From Octopus sinensis (Eukaryota), in contig NW_021836883.1 of assembly GCF_006345805.1 (NCBI RefSeq), positions 1 through 37,177 on the forward strand: a stretch of DNA of 37,177 nucleotides, given 5' to 3'. Both the position numbers and the translations under genes were made by a program. Within the stretch, counting starts at the first letter, position 1. Every line of letters begins with the position of its first letter. Positions 23,207 to 34,907 of the stretch are shown here, one piece after another. The notes under the pieces are model-generated. The model did no database searches. It was not told the origin of the DNA and saw only the letters and a program-made list of their open reading frames with translations.

Positions 23207-23451
23207 CGTATAGGTTCCCCACCTGGACGGGACGCCGGTCTGTCGCAAGTGAGCTGCTAGATGCAGGAGGAAAGAGTGAGAGAAAGTTGTCACGAAAGAG
23301 TCAGCAGAAGTTCGCCATTACCTTCTGTCTGAGCCGCGTGGAGCTTAGATGACTCACTTATAAACACTCACGTCACCCGGTCTGAGATTCGAATCCACGA
23401 TCCCTCAACCGCGCGTCTGCTGCTCTAACCACTAGGCCATGTGCCTTCACA
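23207..23451 (-). mobile_element. SINE with family C head and centre plus tail 2
   Basis: Minus strand catggcctagtggttagagcagcagac..aagctccacgcggctc..actttctctcactcttt, then cttgcgacagaccggcgtcccgtccagg. Confidence 0.75.
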
Positions 23452-23669
23452 AAAGCAAAATTATTTACTTTTAATAAAAAAAAAAAAAAAAACTGAGAAG
23501 CCTAATTAGTATTCGAGGTCAAATTATTCATGCACCCTAAGTATGGAAACAATTTGTGCAGCCGCTTTTGCGTGAAAAACGAACACACACACAAGCACAC
23601 ACACACACACACACCAACAAGCACACACACACACACACACACACAAGCACACACCCACACACACACACA

Positions 23670-23729
<60 letters not shown>

Positions 23730-23732
<3 letters not shown>

Positions 23733-23980
23733 ACAATTATTCAGTAACCAAGATAAAACTCTGAGTTTCGGATGCCGAGGGGGAAATCCACACCACCTAG
23801 CGTTTTTCAGATGGTCAGATACCGAAGAGATGGTGGTGTGGATTTCCACCTCGGCATCGAAACTCAGAGTTTTATCTTGGCTACCGAATAACTGTCACCT
23901 ATTATTTTACAGATAAATTTCTCTATTTACATAATATTGAGGTCTCTTTCTTTCTTTTGTTATCTTACCGTTTTTACAAA
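23730..23980. mobile_element. Hammerhead-bearing element with ~68-bp inverted duplication
   Basis: Arms 23730-23797 and 23832-23898; the plus copy runs on to about 23980; (TA)n on both sides. Confidence 0.75.
23817..23877 (+). ncRNA. Type I hammerhead fold, variant core (U4C)
   Basis: [AGAUA] CCGAAGA [GAUG-GUGG...CCAC-CUCGG-CAUC] GAA [ACU-CAG-AGU] U-U [UAUCU]; GUU triplet; one extra nucleotide between the triplet and stem I. Confidence 0.6.
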
Positions 23981-23988
23981 TATATATA

Positions 23989-24060
23989 TCTCTTATTATA
24001 AAAGGCAGATGTTATCTGCCTCCCTTTGTATCTTATAGAAATCTACAATATAGGATTTCT
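23989..24060 (+). mobile_element. Possible Helitron-like 5' end (3' end not found)
   Basis: A|TCTCTTATTATAAAAGGCAGATGTTATCTGCC resembles the 5' end at 25085 and has a 7-bp hairpin; I found no hairpin + CTRR downstream. Confidence 0.3.
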
Positions 24061-24539
24061 TCAATTACAATTTACCTAGCATTTTTAAGAGTAGAATTTT
24101 AGAATGCATGGGTCGTGCCAGGTCCGTTTTTAAAATTTCAACCCCAATTAAGCAAAATTTAGAGAAAACTCACATTGTGGTGTATATGTCAAATGCTTTT
24201 CTTAGTGTGGGCTACAGCACACGCAAACGCACACACACCAAACGGAGCGAACTGTTTCACTGATGCTATCACTCTAATTTCTCCTTTCTCTTTGCAAGTT
24301 TGCAACGATTAAAGTGAAAACAGTGAATCCGACAGCGATTAAGAAAATGAATTGGCACCTGAATGGAGTGAAAATTTAAAAACTGTTCTTTCGGTGATTT
24401 TTCTGAAGAAACTGCACAAGCCACAGACTTTCCAGAAGAGTAAAGCCTTATCTTTAAACTATTTCTTTTTACTTTTCGAATGAGCCTATTTGAAATCATT
24501 ACGGCGGAAACGAACTGTTACGCTAAAATGTAAACAAAA

Positions 24540-24975
24540 CGAAAGAAGGATAGTTTGTTATTTCCCACAACCTAAATGAACTTAAGGCCTATTTTGCCAT
24601 AAATATTATTATGGGTATCAGAAAGTTACCCAGAATAACAAATTCTATCGTAAAATTTTGTTGTATACCCAACTGAATATTAGCTAATAACCCATTTTCT
24701 ATAGCGATGTTTGAACAAAATTTTAATAATTTTATATATTGTTGAATTTACCTGTATCTACCTGCAATTAGAGTCACTTTGTGACAAAAATTATAGTATA
24801 GAATTGGTTGAGAATATTTCATTAAATTATCTTCCAAAAACCAGATTAATATATTGATAAATAAAAAAGTTATTGTTGTTTAATGAAACCAGACTAAATT
24901 TATGATTACGTTAGAAAATTAATTGAAACACATAAGGGGTGTATTTTGGTCAGAAATTAGTAACGAAAGGGTTAA
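24540..24975. mobile_element. Possible piggyBac-type MITE fragment (one end only)
   Basis: Ends ..TAACGAAAGGG|TTAA (24961-24975); the matching TTAA|CCCTT end was not found, so the left coordinate is approximate. Confidence 0.3.
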
Positions 24976-25084
24976 GAAAAACCCAAAAATATTTTATTCT
25001 TTATAAATGTTGTGTTCAAAATAACATTTTCTTTTAAGAATGTGTATATAACAAAGTATGTGTAGATAAACTACGTGACTTATA

Positions 25085-25486
25085 TCTTTATATATAAAAC
25101 TGAAGTTGTGCGTCTGTCTCCTACGATTTAGATTCGTAACTACTACCAACATTGCGGTCGGTGCAGTGTACCAAAACCGGGGTATTCTTATAGTGGAGTC
25201 ATAATCGAGCCCTTCTGGGTATTAGCGCGCGTCTTACGATGAGTCTACGATTTTAAAAACATTTACCATCATATTTTTCCATTTTAATGAAGTTTTTTCG
25301 CTATTATATAAGGGAAGTAACTCTCTAAAAATATCTACGATGTGTCAACGATTTTTAAAAAAATTTACCTTCATTTTTTTTCCATTTTTAAGGCATTTTT
25401 TTCCTATTTTTTGGCTATAACTCTCTAAAAATGCTTATATAGTTATTTCCCTTACAAACCCGAGCAACGCCGGGCGATACTGCTAG
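25085..25486 (+). mobile_element. Non-autonomous Helitron, 402 bp
   Basis: Inserted between A and T; 5' TC; 3' hairpin CCCGAGCAACGCCGGG (25459-25474), 8-nt spacer, CTAG; no TSD. These are the canonical Helitron termini. Confidence 0.85.
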
Positions 25487-25802
25487 TATATATATATAAT
25501 GATATCCAACTTAACTTGGATACATAATTTATAACTCCTTAGATTGTTGTAAACGTCCCGAAAACCATTTCATGTAGACGACAAATGCTAAAAGGCATCG
25601 TAATTCTATTATCGGTAGGTGAAATTTCGTCACTACACCGATAGATGGCACTACCGTGCCACGAGATTTCCATGTCTTGTGGATCCTCGGTGGCAGCTAG
25701 TCAAGCCGAATGTCAGTCAGAAAGAGAATCAGTCAAACTGATAACGAATAATACTAGCCCGACAGCCATTGTAGTCATGGAAAGCCGGCGGGCTGTGTAT
25801 AA

Positions 25803-25972
25803 ATTAGCTGTTAGCGACAGAAGCAGGTTTTATAACGGATATTAATTAATAAGCACATCCAACCAAACTTAGATTACAGCAGTCAAAGTCATTATAAACA
25901 ATACATCCAAATTAGGTTGTATGTGCTTATTAACATCCGTTACAAAAGGTGCTTCTGTCGCTAATAGCTAAT
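25803..25972. repeat. Imperfect inverted repeat, ~60-bp arms
   Basis: 25803-25864 versus 25915-25972, roughly 85% identical by eye, with a 50-bp spacer. Confidence 0.8.
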
Positions 25973-26084
25973 ATATATACAGACAGGCTTACATTCATAC
26001 ATATACTATACGTTGCCTTCTGGGTTTTTCTTCGCGTTTCTTCTTTTATTCAGTTTTTTTTTTTAGTTCATTATATGTGGTTTA

Positions 26085-26137
26085 TGCCTGATGAATATGT
26101 TTGAGATATTTCTCAGCATATGAAACTATTAGTAGCA
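26085..26137 (+). ncRNA. Type I hammerhead ribozyme fold, fully canonical
   Basis: [UGC] CUGAUGA [AUAUG-UUUGAGA-UAUU-UCUCAG-CAUAU] GAA [ACU-AUU-AGU] A / [GCA]; GUA triplet, predicted cut after 26134. Confidence 0.85.
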
Positions 26138-26152
26138 CTTAAAAACATGTAT

Positions 26153-26548
26153 TACTCTTTTACTCTTTTATTTATTTCAGTCATTTGACTGCGGCCATGC
26201 TGGAGCACCGCCTTTAGTCGAGCAAATCGACCCCGGGACTTATACTTTTGTAAGCCTTGTACTTATTCTATCGGTCTCTTTTGCCGAACCGCTAAGTGAC
26301 GGGGACGTAAACACACCAGCATCGGTTGTCAAGCAATGCTAGAGGGACAAACACAAACACACAAACACACACACACACATACACACACATATATATATAT
26401 ATATACATATATACGACAGGTTTCTTTCAGTTTCCGTCTACCAAATCCACTCACAAGGCATTGGTCAGCCCGGGGCTATAGCAGAAGACACTTGCCCAAG
26501 ATGCCACGCAGTGGGACTGAACCCAGAACCATGTGGTTGGTTAGCAAG
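26153..26548 (-). mobile_element. SINE family A, missing the first ~25 bp
   Basis: Reverse complement aligns with 14153-14560. Confidence 0.92.
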
Positions 26549-26602
26549 GTCCTTTGAATAAATAATATTTATCTCTAGCCAGATGGAGTACTTATATATA
26601 TA

Positions 26603-26647
26603 TATATATATTCTTTTATTTGTTTCAGTCACATGACTGCGGCCATG
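26603..26647 (-). mobile_element. SINE family A tail fragment
   Basis: ttcttttatttgtttcagtcacatgactgcggccatg. Confidence 0.7.
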
Positions 26648-27010
26648 TACAGTTGTGGAAATTAGCTGCCCAGCGGATGTTAACATAAAGCTGAAGATCA
26701 ATGAAAAAGAGAATACCTATTGAGAAATCTGTAGTTACTCTATCCAGATTACAAGTTCAGGTTTATACCTGTAATTATTGGGGTCCTGAGATAGGTAACA
26801 CACACTGCCTAAATACCAATCTTGAGAAATTAGGTTTCTCAAAACCAGAAAGGAGAAAGCTAATTCGAAGACTTCATATGCAATCCATCACTGGAACTGT
26901 AAAAATCTATAGAACTTTCCAGAAGTTTATCATTTAAATATATATGAGCATGTCTAGATATGCAACTATATGCATGAGAATACATATATAATGCAAAGCA
27001 TATAAATCTG
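26646..27010 (+). mobile_element. 5'-truncated R4/Dong-like non-LTR retrotransposon: C-terminal restriction-like endonuclease remnant and 3' UTR
   Basis: Across frameshifts and stops it reads CTVVEISCPADVNIKLKINEKENTY / NL*LLYPDYKFRFIPVIIGVLR*VTH / CLNTNLEKLGFSKPERRKLIRRLHMQSITGTVKIYRTFQKFII* (stop 26935-26937). The (V/I)E(I/V)xxP..K..KY and PV(V/I)IGALG-type pattern is typical of RLE-clade elements. Confidence 0.8.
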
Positions 27011-27142
27011 TATACATACATACATACATACATACATACATACATACACATACATTCACATGTATATCTATACATACATACATACATACATACACACATA
27101 CATACATACATTCACATGTATATCTATCTATACATACATACA

Positions 27143-27388
27143 TGATGGCTGCCTCCTCGTTATCGAGTATGGCCATTGCACGAAGCTTAACTGTTATTGG
27201 TGCTGTGATCGAATGTGACTTTTTAGCCCAGCTAAAGATCTACAATGTCTTGTACAGAATTGGCAACTAAAACCTTTACCGGCAATAGCCGGCTGTAGTT
27301 GTAAGTGGGCTCCATGTACCTTTGCATGTCGTTTAAGTCCTCCTGCCGAATTACACTCTCTTCCACATACCCGACAGATATGATTAGA
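27143..27388 (-). mobile_element. 3' end of an RTE-like LINE: two C2H2 zinc fingers plus short 3' UTR
   Basis: HICRVCGRECNSAGGLKRHAKVH and FSCQFCTRHCRSLAGLKSHIRSQH, stop at 27194, non-TGEKP linker, ~50-bp UTR ending in cagccatcat and then a microsatellite. Confidence 0.7.
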
Positions 27389-27626
27389 TACATACATATA
27401 TACATACATACATACATACATACATACATACATACATACATACATACATACATACATACATACATAGAAAGAAACAAAAATACGCTGTTGTTAATGTTGA
27501 AATTCCAATAAAGGAGCCTTGGATCTAGGTTAGAAACCGGTTCCTTCTCTATTGGCAAGGAATCTTGAAATAAAACTGAACAATGACATACATACACACA
27601 CACTTTTACATATATACACATATATA

Positions 27627-27960
27627 GCGCAGGAGTGGCTGTGTGGTAAGTAGCTTGCTAACCAACCACATGGTTCCGGGTTCAGTCCCACTGCGTGGCA
27701 CTTTGGACACATATCTTCTACTATAGCCGATCAGAGCCTTGTGAATGAATTTGGTCGACGGAAACTGGAAGAAGCCCGTCGTATATATACATGTGTGTGC
27801 GTGTTGGTGTGTTTATGTTCCCGTAACTTAACGGTTAGGCATAAGAGACCGATAGGATGAGTACTACGCTTGCAAAGAATAAGTTGTGGGGTCGATTTGT
27901 TCGATTAAAGGCAGTGCTCCAGCATGGCCGCAGTCAAATGACTGAAACAAGTAAAAGAGT
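27627..27960 (+). mobile_element. SINE family A with short internal deletions
   Basis: Head and tail match 14153-14560. Confidence 0.9.
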
Positions 27961-28149
27961 AAACGAATACACCTATACACACATACATACACAACAGACA
28001 TGCATACATATATATAAGTTACCATTCCATATTAACATTATATGCACACATACACACACACATATACGCACTTATTCAAAATCATAATCATTCTTCCTTA
28101 AATTACTTGGCCAGTTACAAATACAAGAACACGTCCACGCGTTCACCAA

Positions 28150-29185
28150 CACCACCACGCATACACAGCCATATATTCACATAAATGCACATGACAATAC
28201 GTTCATACACACACATACACACACGTACGCAGACATATATACATACGTAAACAAACACGCACACACACCCAAACGCATCTACACACACGCGAACACATAC
28301 ATATATATACACATTTACACATAAACACGCACACACAGAAACACATTCACACACACACACAAACACACACATACATACATTCGCACAGAAACACGCACAC
28401 ACACACAGAAGCACGAACACACACATTTATACACACTTTCGCGCAAACACACACACATAAACACATACACACACACACATAAACACACGCATATATATAC
28501 ACACACATTCGCACACACACGCACACACACAACGTAAACATATCCACACACACACGAACACACACATATATGCACACATTCGCACACACATAAACACATC
28601 CATACACACACTAACACACACATTCACACACACATCAACACATCCATACACACACTAACGCACATATATATATACACACATTCGCAAACACATAAACACA
28701 TCCATACTCACACTAACGCACACATATATATACACACATTCGCACACATCCATACACACACTAATGCACACATATATACACACATTCGCACACACATAAA
28801 CACATCCATACTCACACTAACGCACACATATATATAATATATACACACATTCGCACACATCCATACACACACTAACGCACACATATATATATACACACAT
28901 TCGCACACACATAAACAGATCCATACACGCACTAACACACACATAGACACACACATTCGCACACACATAAACAGATCCATACACACACTAACGCACACAT
29001 ATACACAACACATTCGCACAACATAAACTCATCCATACACGCACTAACACACACATATACACACACATTCGCACACACATAAACAGATCCATACATGCAC
29101 TAACACACATTCGCACACACATAAACACATCCATACACGCACTAACACACACATATATACACACATTCGCACACACATAAACACT
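28150..29185. repeat. CA-rich minisatellite, variable ~42-64-bp unit
   Basis: Unit cacacattcgcacacacataaacacatccatacacacactaacgcacacatatata; CATTCG recurs about every 55 bp from about 28680 to 29165. Confidence 0.85.
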
Positions 29186-29777
29186 CAGCGCTACGTATTC
29201 CCGTCTATGAACATGACCACTCGTTCAAATGTTCAAATATTCAAAACCACACGCACACACACACACACACAACATATATATATATATACACACACAAACA
29301 CATACACACACATGTAAATACCTAGGACTACACACACACACTCACACACACGCGCATATATACATAAACTCTCAACATGTCAGCAACTCCTCCTATACCT
29401 CCTCCTCCTCCTACTTCAACTCCTCCTCCTCCTATTCCTCCTTCCCCCCCACACACACACACTTACACATACAGCCTCACCCTTAGTCTAGTAATTTACG
29501 TCACTGTTTATATCAATGTGAAACAAACAATAAACACAACAACAACAACAACAACCAACACACACACATTAACAACAATAACAACATCGACAAAGAACCA
29601 AAATCTCTTACGCCCAAATATCCCATTCAGAGTAATAATAGAACCATACAGTTTAGTCACCGTGTGTTTGTATGTGTTTACATGAATGCGCGCGTGTGTG
29701 TATGAGTGTGTATATATATATATATATGTATGTATATACGTTTATATATATGCATATATATATATATACACATACAC

Positions 29778-29818
<41 letters not shown>

Positions 29819-30027
29819 CACACACAAATATACGTATTTAAGTATGGACGTATATATATATATATAATATATATGTGTGTGTGTATACAAATTTTAGATA
29901 CATGCCTCGTGCTGTTTTTAATTCAGTTAACCTGCATAACTTTATATATGTATGCATTTTGTATGTGTATATATAATATATATATATATATATATATGTC
30001 TGTGTATATAACATGTATGCATGTTTG

Positions 30028-30079
<52 letters not shown>

Positions 30080-30240
30080 GGGCTTATTGAAACTGAATTT
30101 TATCTCATCGGCTCGACACAAATCGGCGTCCATATGAACGCATGTGTGTATGTAATCTCTCTCTCTCTTCTCTCTCTCTCTCACAACACACACACACACA
30201 CACACACATACATATATATATATACACACATATACATATA

Positions 30241-30459
30241 TTTATTTATTGCCCACAGAATGCTAAACATAGAGGGGTCAAACAAGGAATTAAGTCAATT
30301 ACATCTACCCCAGTGCGTAACTGGTACTTATTTAATCGACCTCGAAAGGATGAAAAGCAAAGTCGACCACGGTGGAATTTGAACTTAGAACATAAAGACA
30401 GACGAAATAGCGCTAAGCATGTCACTCAGCGTGCTAACGATTCTGCCACCACGCCGCCC
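30241..30459 (-). mobile_element. SINE family B monomer, diverged
   Basis: Reverse complement aligns with 6353-6572. Confidence 0.85.
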
Positions 30460-30677
30460 TGATATATATATACATACATACATACATGTATATACACACT
30501 CTTACATACAAGTTTGCTGGAAGAAAGTGGAGAAACGGCACTCAATACATAAGAGCATATATTTTTGTTATTCAACTGTAAGATTACGTAAGTGATTCAA
30601 GGAGCGAGAATTTCAAACTTGATTGGTGCAACGTACGATACTCTTGAGTTTTGAATCACGTAATTTCATAGCCGAAT

Positions 30678-30755
<78 letters not shown>

Positions 30756-31197
30756 GCGCACACACAACTCGAGATGTCTGTGAAGAAGGCAAAATTTAAA
30801 AGGGTCCCATGCGACAATGTTATCTCATACAAGATAGAAAACACTGCCCCAGTGTTCCTAGTGTACTGGTGCATATGTTGCAATTAGCGTTAGAAGAAAC
30901 GACCGTGATATATAACTGGTGCTTGCCAGATAACTAGTGCTTGTAACGAGGAAAGGGTATCGTTAATACATTCATTTCGTCCTACATCCCTGTTCAATGG
31001 AAAAGGTTAGGTGTTTTATGATGGAATGTTGCCAAGGATAGCTCTAAATGAATTCATTAACGTATCAGTTCCAAAAAAAAAAATGTTTCTAAGCACCTAC
31101 TCTAAAGGTCGACCATTATCTACCTGATGGTATCCTGAGAGAATACACGGGACTTATAGTCAATGTTTTCAAGGGAGATTTACACAACATATGCGCT

Positions 31198-32157
31198 TGT
31201 AAACGACCGTACGAAGGAGAGGTGACGAGAATGGTTCCTTTAGTACATCGCACGGTCGATACAATAAATATGAAGAGGATAAATGCATATAAGTGCCAGA
31301 AGGAAAAGAGAGACACAAATGTTTAAGAGAAGATTTTATTGATATGTTAGCATGGGTGTCTGTGTGTGCGGCGTATATACATAATAATAGACAGGCTGTC
31401 ACGTATACATAAGGTGTATGTAGAAACATGGATTTATGCGTGTGCGATAAGTACAGAGCATTGAAAGAGTCTATAATATGATGTTAGAAGAATGTTCAGA
31501 CACAAGGGTGATAAATACCAGTTCGTAGTCGAGGTACACGATAGTGGAAGTGCTATATCAAGAAGTTGAGGCTGCAATGTAGAGCCAGTTGAGGTACGTG
31601 TCGTGCGTGAAGCTGTGACTACTATGCAGAGCCCGTTACTTGGTACAGAAGGTTCTCGCAGGTTGTGTTTGCTGTTAACCATGGTGAAGTAATTCACGAA
31701 CAGTGTTGAGATAGAACCTGTGCGAGGGTTGCTGGTTGCTGTGTACGTAGAGAGATATTGTTGACGACGTTAAGAAGATGATGGCGACAGAGATGGAGGT
31801 CTTGAATGCTGCTGGACAAAGTTGAGTCTCCATGTGGCTGCTTTTGTGTTGTCGCTGGAACTGGCTGTTTGCTCTGTGGTCAGTGGTTAGAACTGAAAAG
31901 GTCAAGAACCGAAAGACACGGAGACGGTGTGAAGCTACCATTTTATACTATGCTATCGGCTCACCGGAAGTTTGGAAGAGACTGTCTCACATGACCTTGT
32001 CAGAAGGCTGCGATTGGCTGGGTTACATATTGGCGCGCAATAGAGCAAGAGACAAATTGCGCCAATACCAACCATTCAGTGTAGTGGATACAACAGGGTC
32101 CAAAAGAGCGACTGAAGGCTAGCTGCTATCTGCTACGTCCGTATTTATGTATATATA

Positions 32158-32160
<3 letters not shown>
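31198..32160 (-). mobile_element. Probable solo LTR, ~963 bp
   Basis: Minus strand begins TGTTATAT and ends GTTTACA. In order it has CCAAT boxes (about 32005-32060), CTTCCGG, TATAAAA (31941-31947) and AATAAA (31335-31340) about 140 bp from the end. No TSD was found. Confidence 0.45.

Positions 32161-32164
<4 letters not shown>

Positions 32165-32214
<50 letters not shown>
32165..32214. repeat. (AG)n microsatellite
   Basis: Direct reading. Confidence 0.95.
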
Positions 32215-32217
<3 letters not shown>

Positions 32218-32569
32218 ACTTCTCTTAGCGTTAGCTACACGCTCTTTCAGGTTAGCGAAATTTCCACTTTCCTAGCTCGTTTTGTTTGGACACTTCGAGC
32301 CTATGTTTTAACAAAAGTTGCTAACTTGAGCAAAAGAAACTACTTCTGGTTATTAAAATATAATCATTTCTCATTTAGCAGAAATTAGCAGGCATCAAGA
32401 TACGGATTATACTTAGCCAATAAAATCAAACTTCGGTCACCATCCAAAGATAATGAAACGTTTTTTTAGGAGCTCTAAATGTTTTGCCCCTCAGAACTAA
32501 CCATCCGAGCAGTCAGATATATTTTGCGTCAGTGAAACTTGAAGTAGTGCAGGTTTGAAGTTGTTAATA

Positions 32570-32588
32570 CAAACACACACACATACAC

Positions 32589-32634
<46 letters not shown>

Positions 32635-32789
32635 ATGCACGCACGCACATACATAAATACATACATAAATGCCTACATACATACATATATACATACATGC
32701 ATCCATATATACATACATCTACAGTCTCACGAACTCACATATACATACGTATATACATACATACATGCATGAATACATACATTCATACA

Positions 32790-32823
<34 letters not shown>

Positions 32824-32980
32824 CATACATACATATATACGTACATACATGCATGCATCTACGCACGCACACATGCATGCATGCATACATACATACATAC
32901 ATACATACATACATACATACATACATACATACGTATACAGACTTATGAACTCACACATACACACACACACGCACACAACA
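32570..32980. repeat. (CA)n/(TACA)n compound tract
   Basis: Direct reading. Confidence 0.9.
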
Positions 32981-34209
32981 CAATCAGTTCCTATTGCTAA
33001 TACTCTGAACATCACCAGAGACACACAAGGTAGTTGAGTTCATTTTTTTAATCATTGATTAATTTTTACACTTGGTACTCACAATAAATGAAAATAAAAG
33101 ATATTGTGAATACATAAGATATTGTTCTTACTTCTATTTGTGTTATGAGCATTGTGGGAAAAATTGGCGCATAAATCACATATTTCTAATCTTAATTTGG
33201 TGAGGATAATTACTTGCAGCTAAATAACTGGATCTTCTGACTTTTAATGAAATATATTTTTAGTAAGTATAGATGACACATCAGCGACAAATATTAAAAA
33301 TGATGCGCTGTTAGGTTTAAATATTTCATGATAGAATCTCAGCTCAGAGTGATGAAAAGTAAGAAAGAAAGGAACCAGAGAAGAAAGGGCACAGAAAAAT
33401 TAATAAACAGACGGAAAGGTAGAAAGAAAGAGTTTTTACTTTTTTCTAAAATGAAGAACTTCAAATTAAAGTTTAATGAAAAGTTGATTTATTCCTTTTC
33501 CCCAATCATCTAATTTTTCTTTGATCTCTGAATGTTTCGACTTTTTTATTTTTGTTTTTTAGTTTGTTTTTGTTTTGTCTTTTGTTCATGTTTTTGTTGG
33601 GGGCGGTTCTTTTCACTTGGTCTTTCTGGGTTGAGACTTTATTATCAAACTACCAATCAAAACGTACTTCCCTTTTAACCCTTTTTCACTGATTTTCATT
33701 TATACTCTTTTTAAAAAAAAACATTTCGTGTTTATATTTGGTTTGCAAGATTCTTAATGTGAACAGGCGTGTTGAAACATATTTTGTATCAAACAGACCT
33801 GGAGTAGAGAAGGTATGTCATCGATGAGTTCACGAATGGCGAAGAACATGACAAGCCTAACTGGTTTATTCATTGATTAACCAAACGATTAATCAGGCAA
33901 TCGATTAATTAATTGGTTAAATAACCAACTGACAAATAAATAACAAAGAAATGAAATAAAATCAGTGTGTGTGTGTGTGTCTGTTTATTGACATAATGAC
34001 CCCAGCCCCGGAGATGCGACGAAGTTTTTTAAAATATATTTAATTGCACTAAATTTATTTGCTGAGGTGCCAAAGGAGTTAATCGTTGAGGATTGACAAC
34101 CAGTAATCTCTCCGTCATTAAATTTGTGGTTAGGATAAAATTCTATATTTTCCTTAGAATGTTCATTACTCAAACGAAAATAAAGAATGCGACATTTGTG
34201 GTCGAATCA

Positions 34210-34620
34210 GGCGCAGGAGTGGCTGTGTGGTAAGTAGCTTGCTTACCAACCACATGGTTCTGGGTTCAGTCCCACTGCGTGGCACCTTGGGCAAGTGTCT
34301 TCTACTATAGCCTTGGGCCGACCAAAGCCTTGTGAGTGGATTTGGTAGACGGAAACTGAAAGAAGCCTGTCGTATATATGTATATATATGTGTGTGTGTG
34401 TGTTTGTGTGTCTCTGTTTGTCCCCCTAGCATTGCTTGACAACCGATGCTGGTGTGTTTATGTCCCCCGTAACTTAGCGGTTCGGCAAAAGAGACCGATA
34501 GAATAAGTACTGGGCTTACAAAAGAATAAGTCCCAGGGTCGAGTTGCTCGATTAATGGCGGTGCTCCAGCATGGCCGCAGTCAAATGACAGAAACATGTA
34601 AAAGAGTAAAGAGAAAGAGA
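34210..34620 (+). mobile_element. SINE family A, full length
   Basis: Aligns end to end with 14153-14560. Confidence 0.93.
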
Positions 34621-34907
34621 GTATAAGTTGAAGCAGGCAGTTGTAGAAGCAAACCAAAATCTTAAGAAAATGAATTCGACCTTATGCGATTTTTAATATG
34701 TAAACCCCCATGGTCTGCCTATTTTGTTTTTGTAAAGTATTTTAACCAAATCTGTATTTATTACATTGAGTACTCGATGTTTTATCATATGAAACTCAGT
34801 TGATCACAATAAATTCACAGGTGTGTATACGAGTGTGCGTATGTATATATGAGTGTGTGCATGTATCTAGGTGTATATATTTGTATATGTGTGTGTGGGG
34901 GTGTGTG

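Noticed and set aside
27194-27388. Two C2H2 fingers as a host zinc-finger gene exon
   Set aside because: No TGEKP-type linker, only two fingers directly before a stop and a LINE-like short tail, and the 5' end breaks off in a microsatellite; better explained as a LINE 3' end.
32500-32555. CCGAGCA..GAAACTTGAAGTA hammerhead-like string
   Set aside because: Stem II does not pair and G8 is missing.
1716-34620. tRNA-like heads as tRNA genes, and recurring SINE ORFs (e.g. MRNWYLFNRPRKDERQSRPR..)
   Set aside because: A and B boxes are present but acceptor and anticodon stems do not close, and each head continues into a SINE body; the ORFs recur only because the SINE does.
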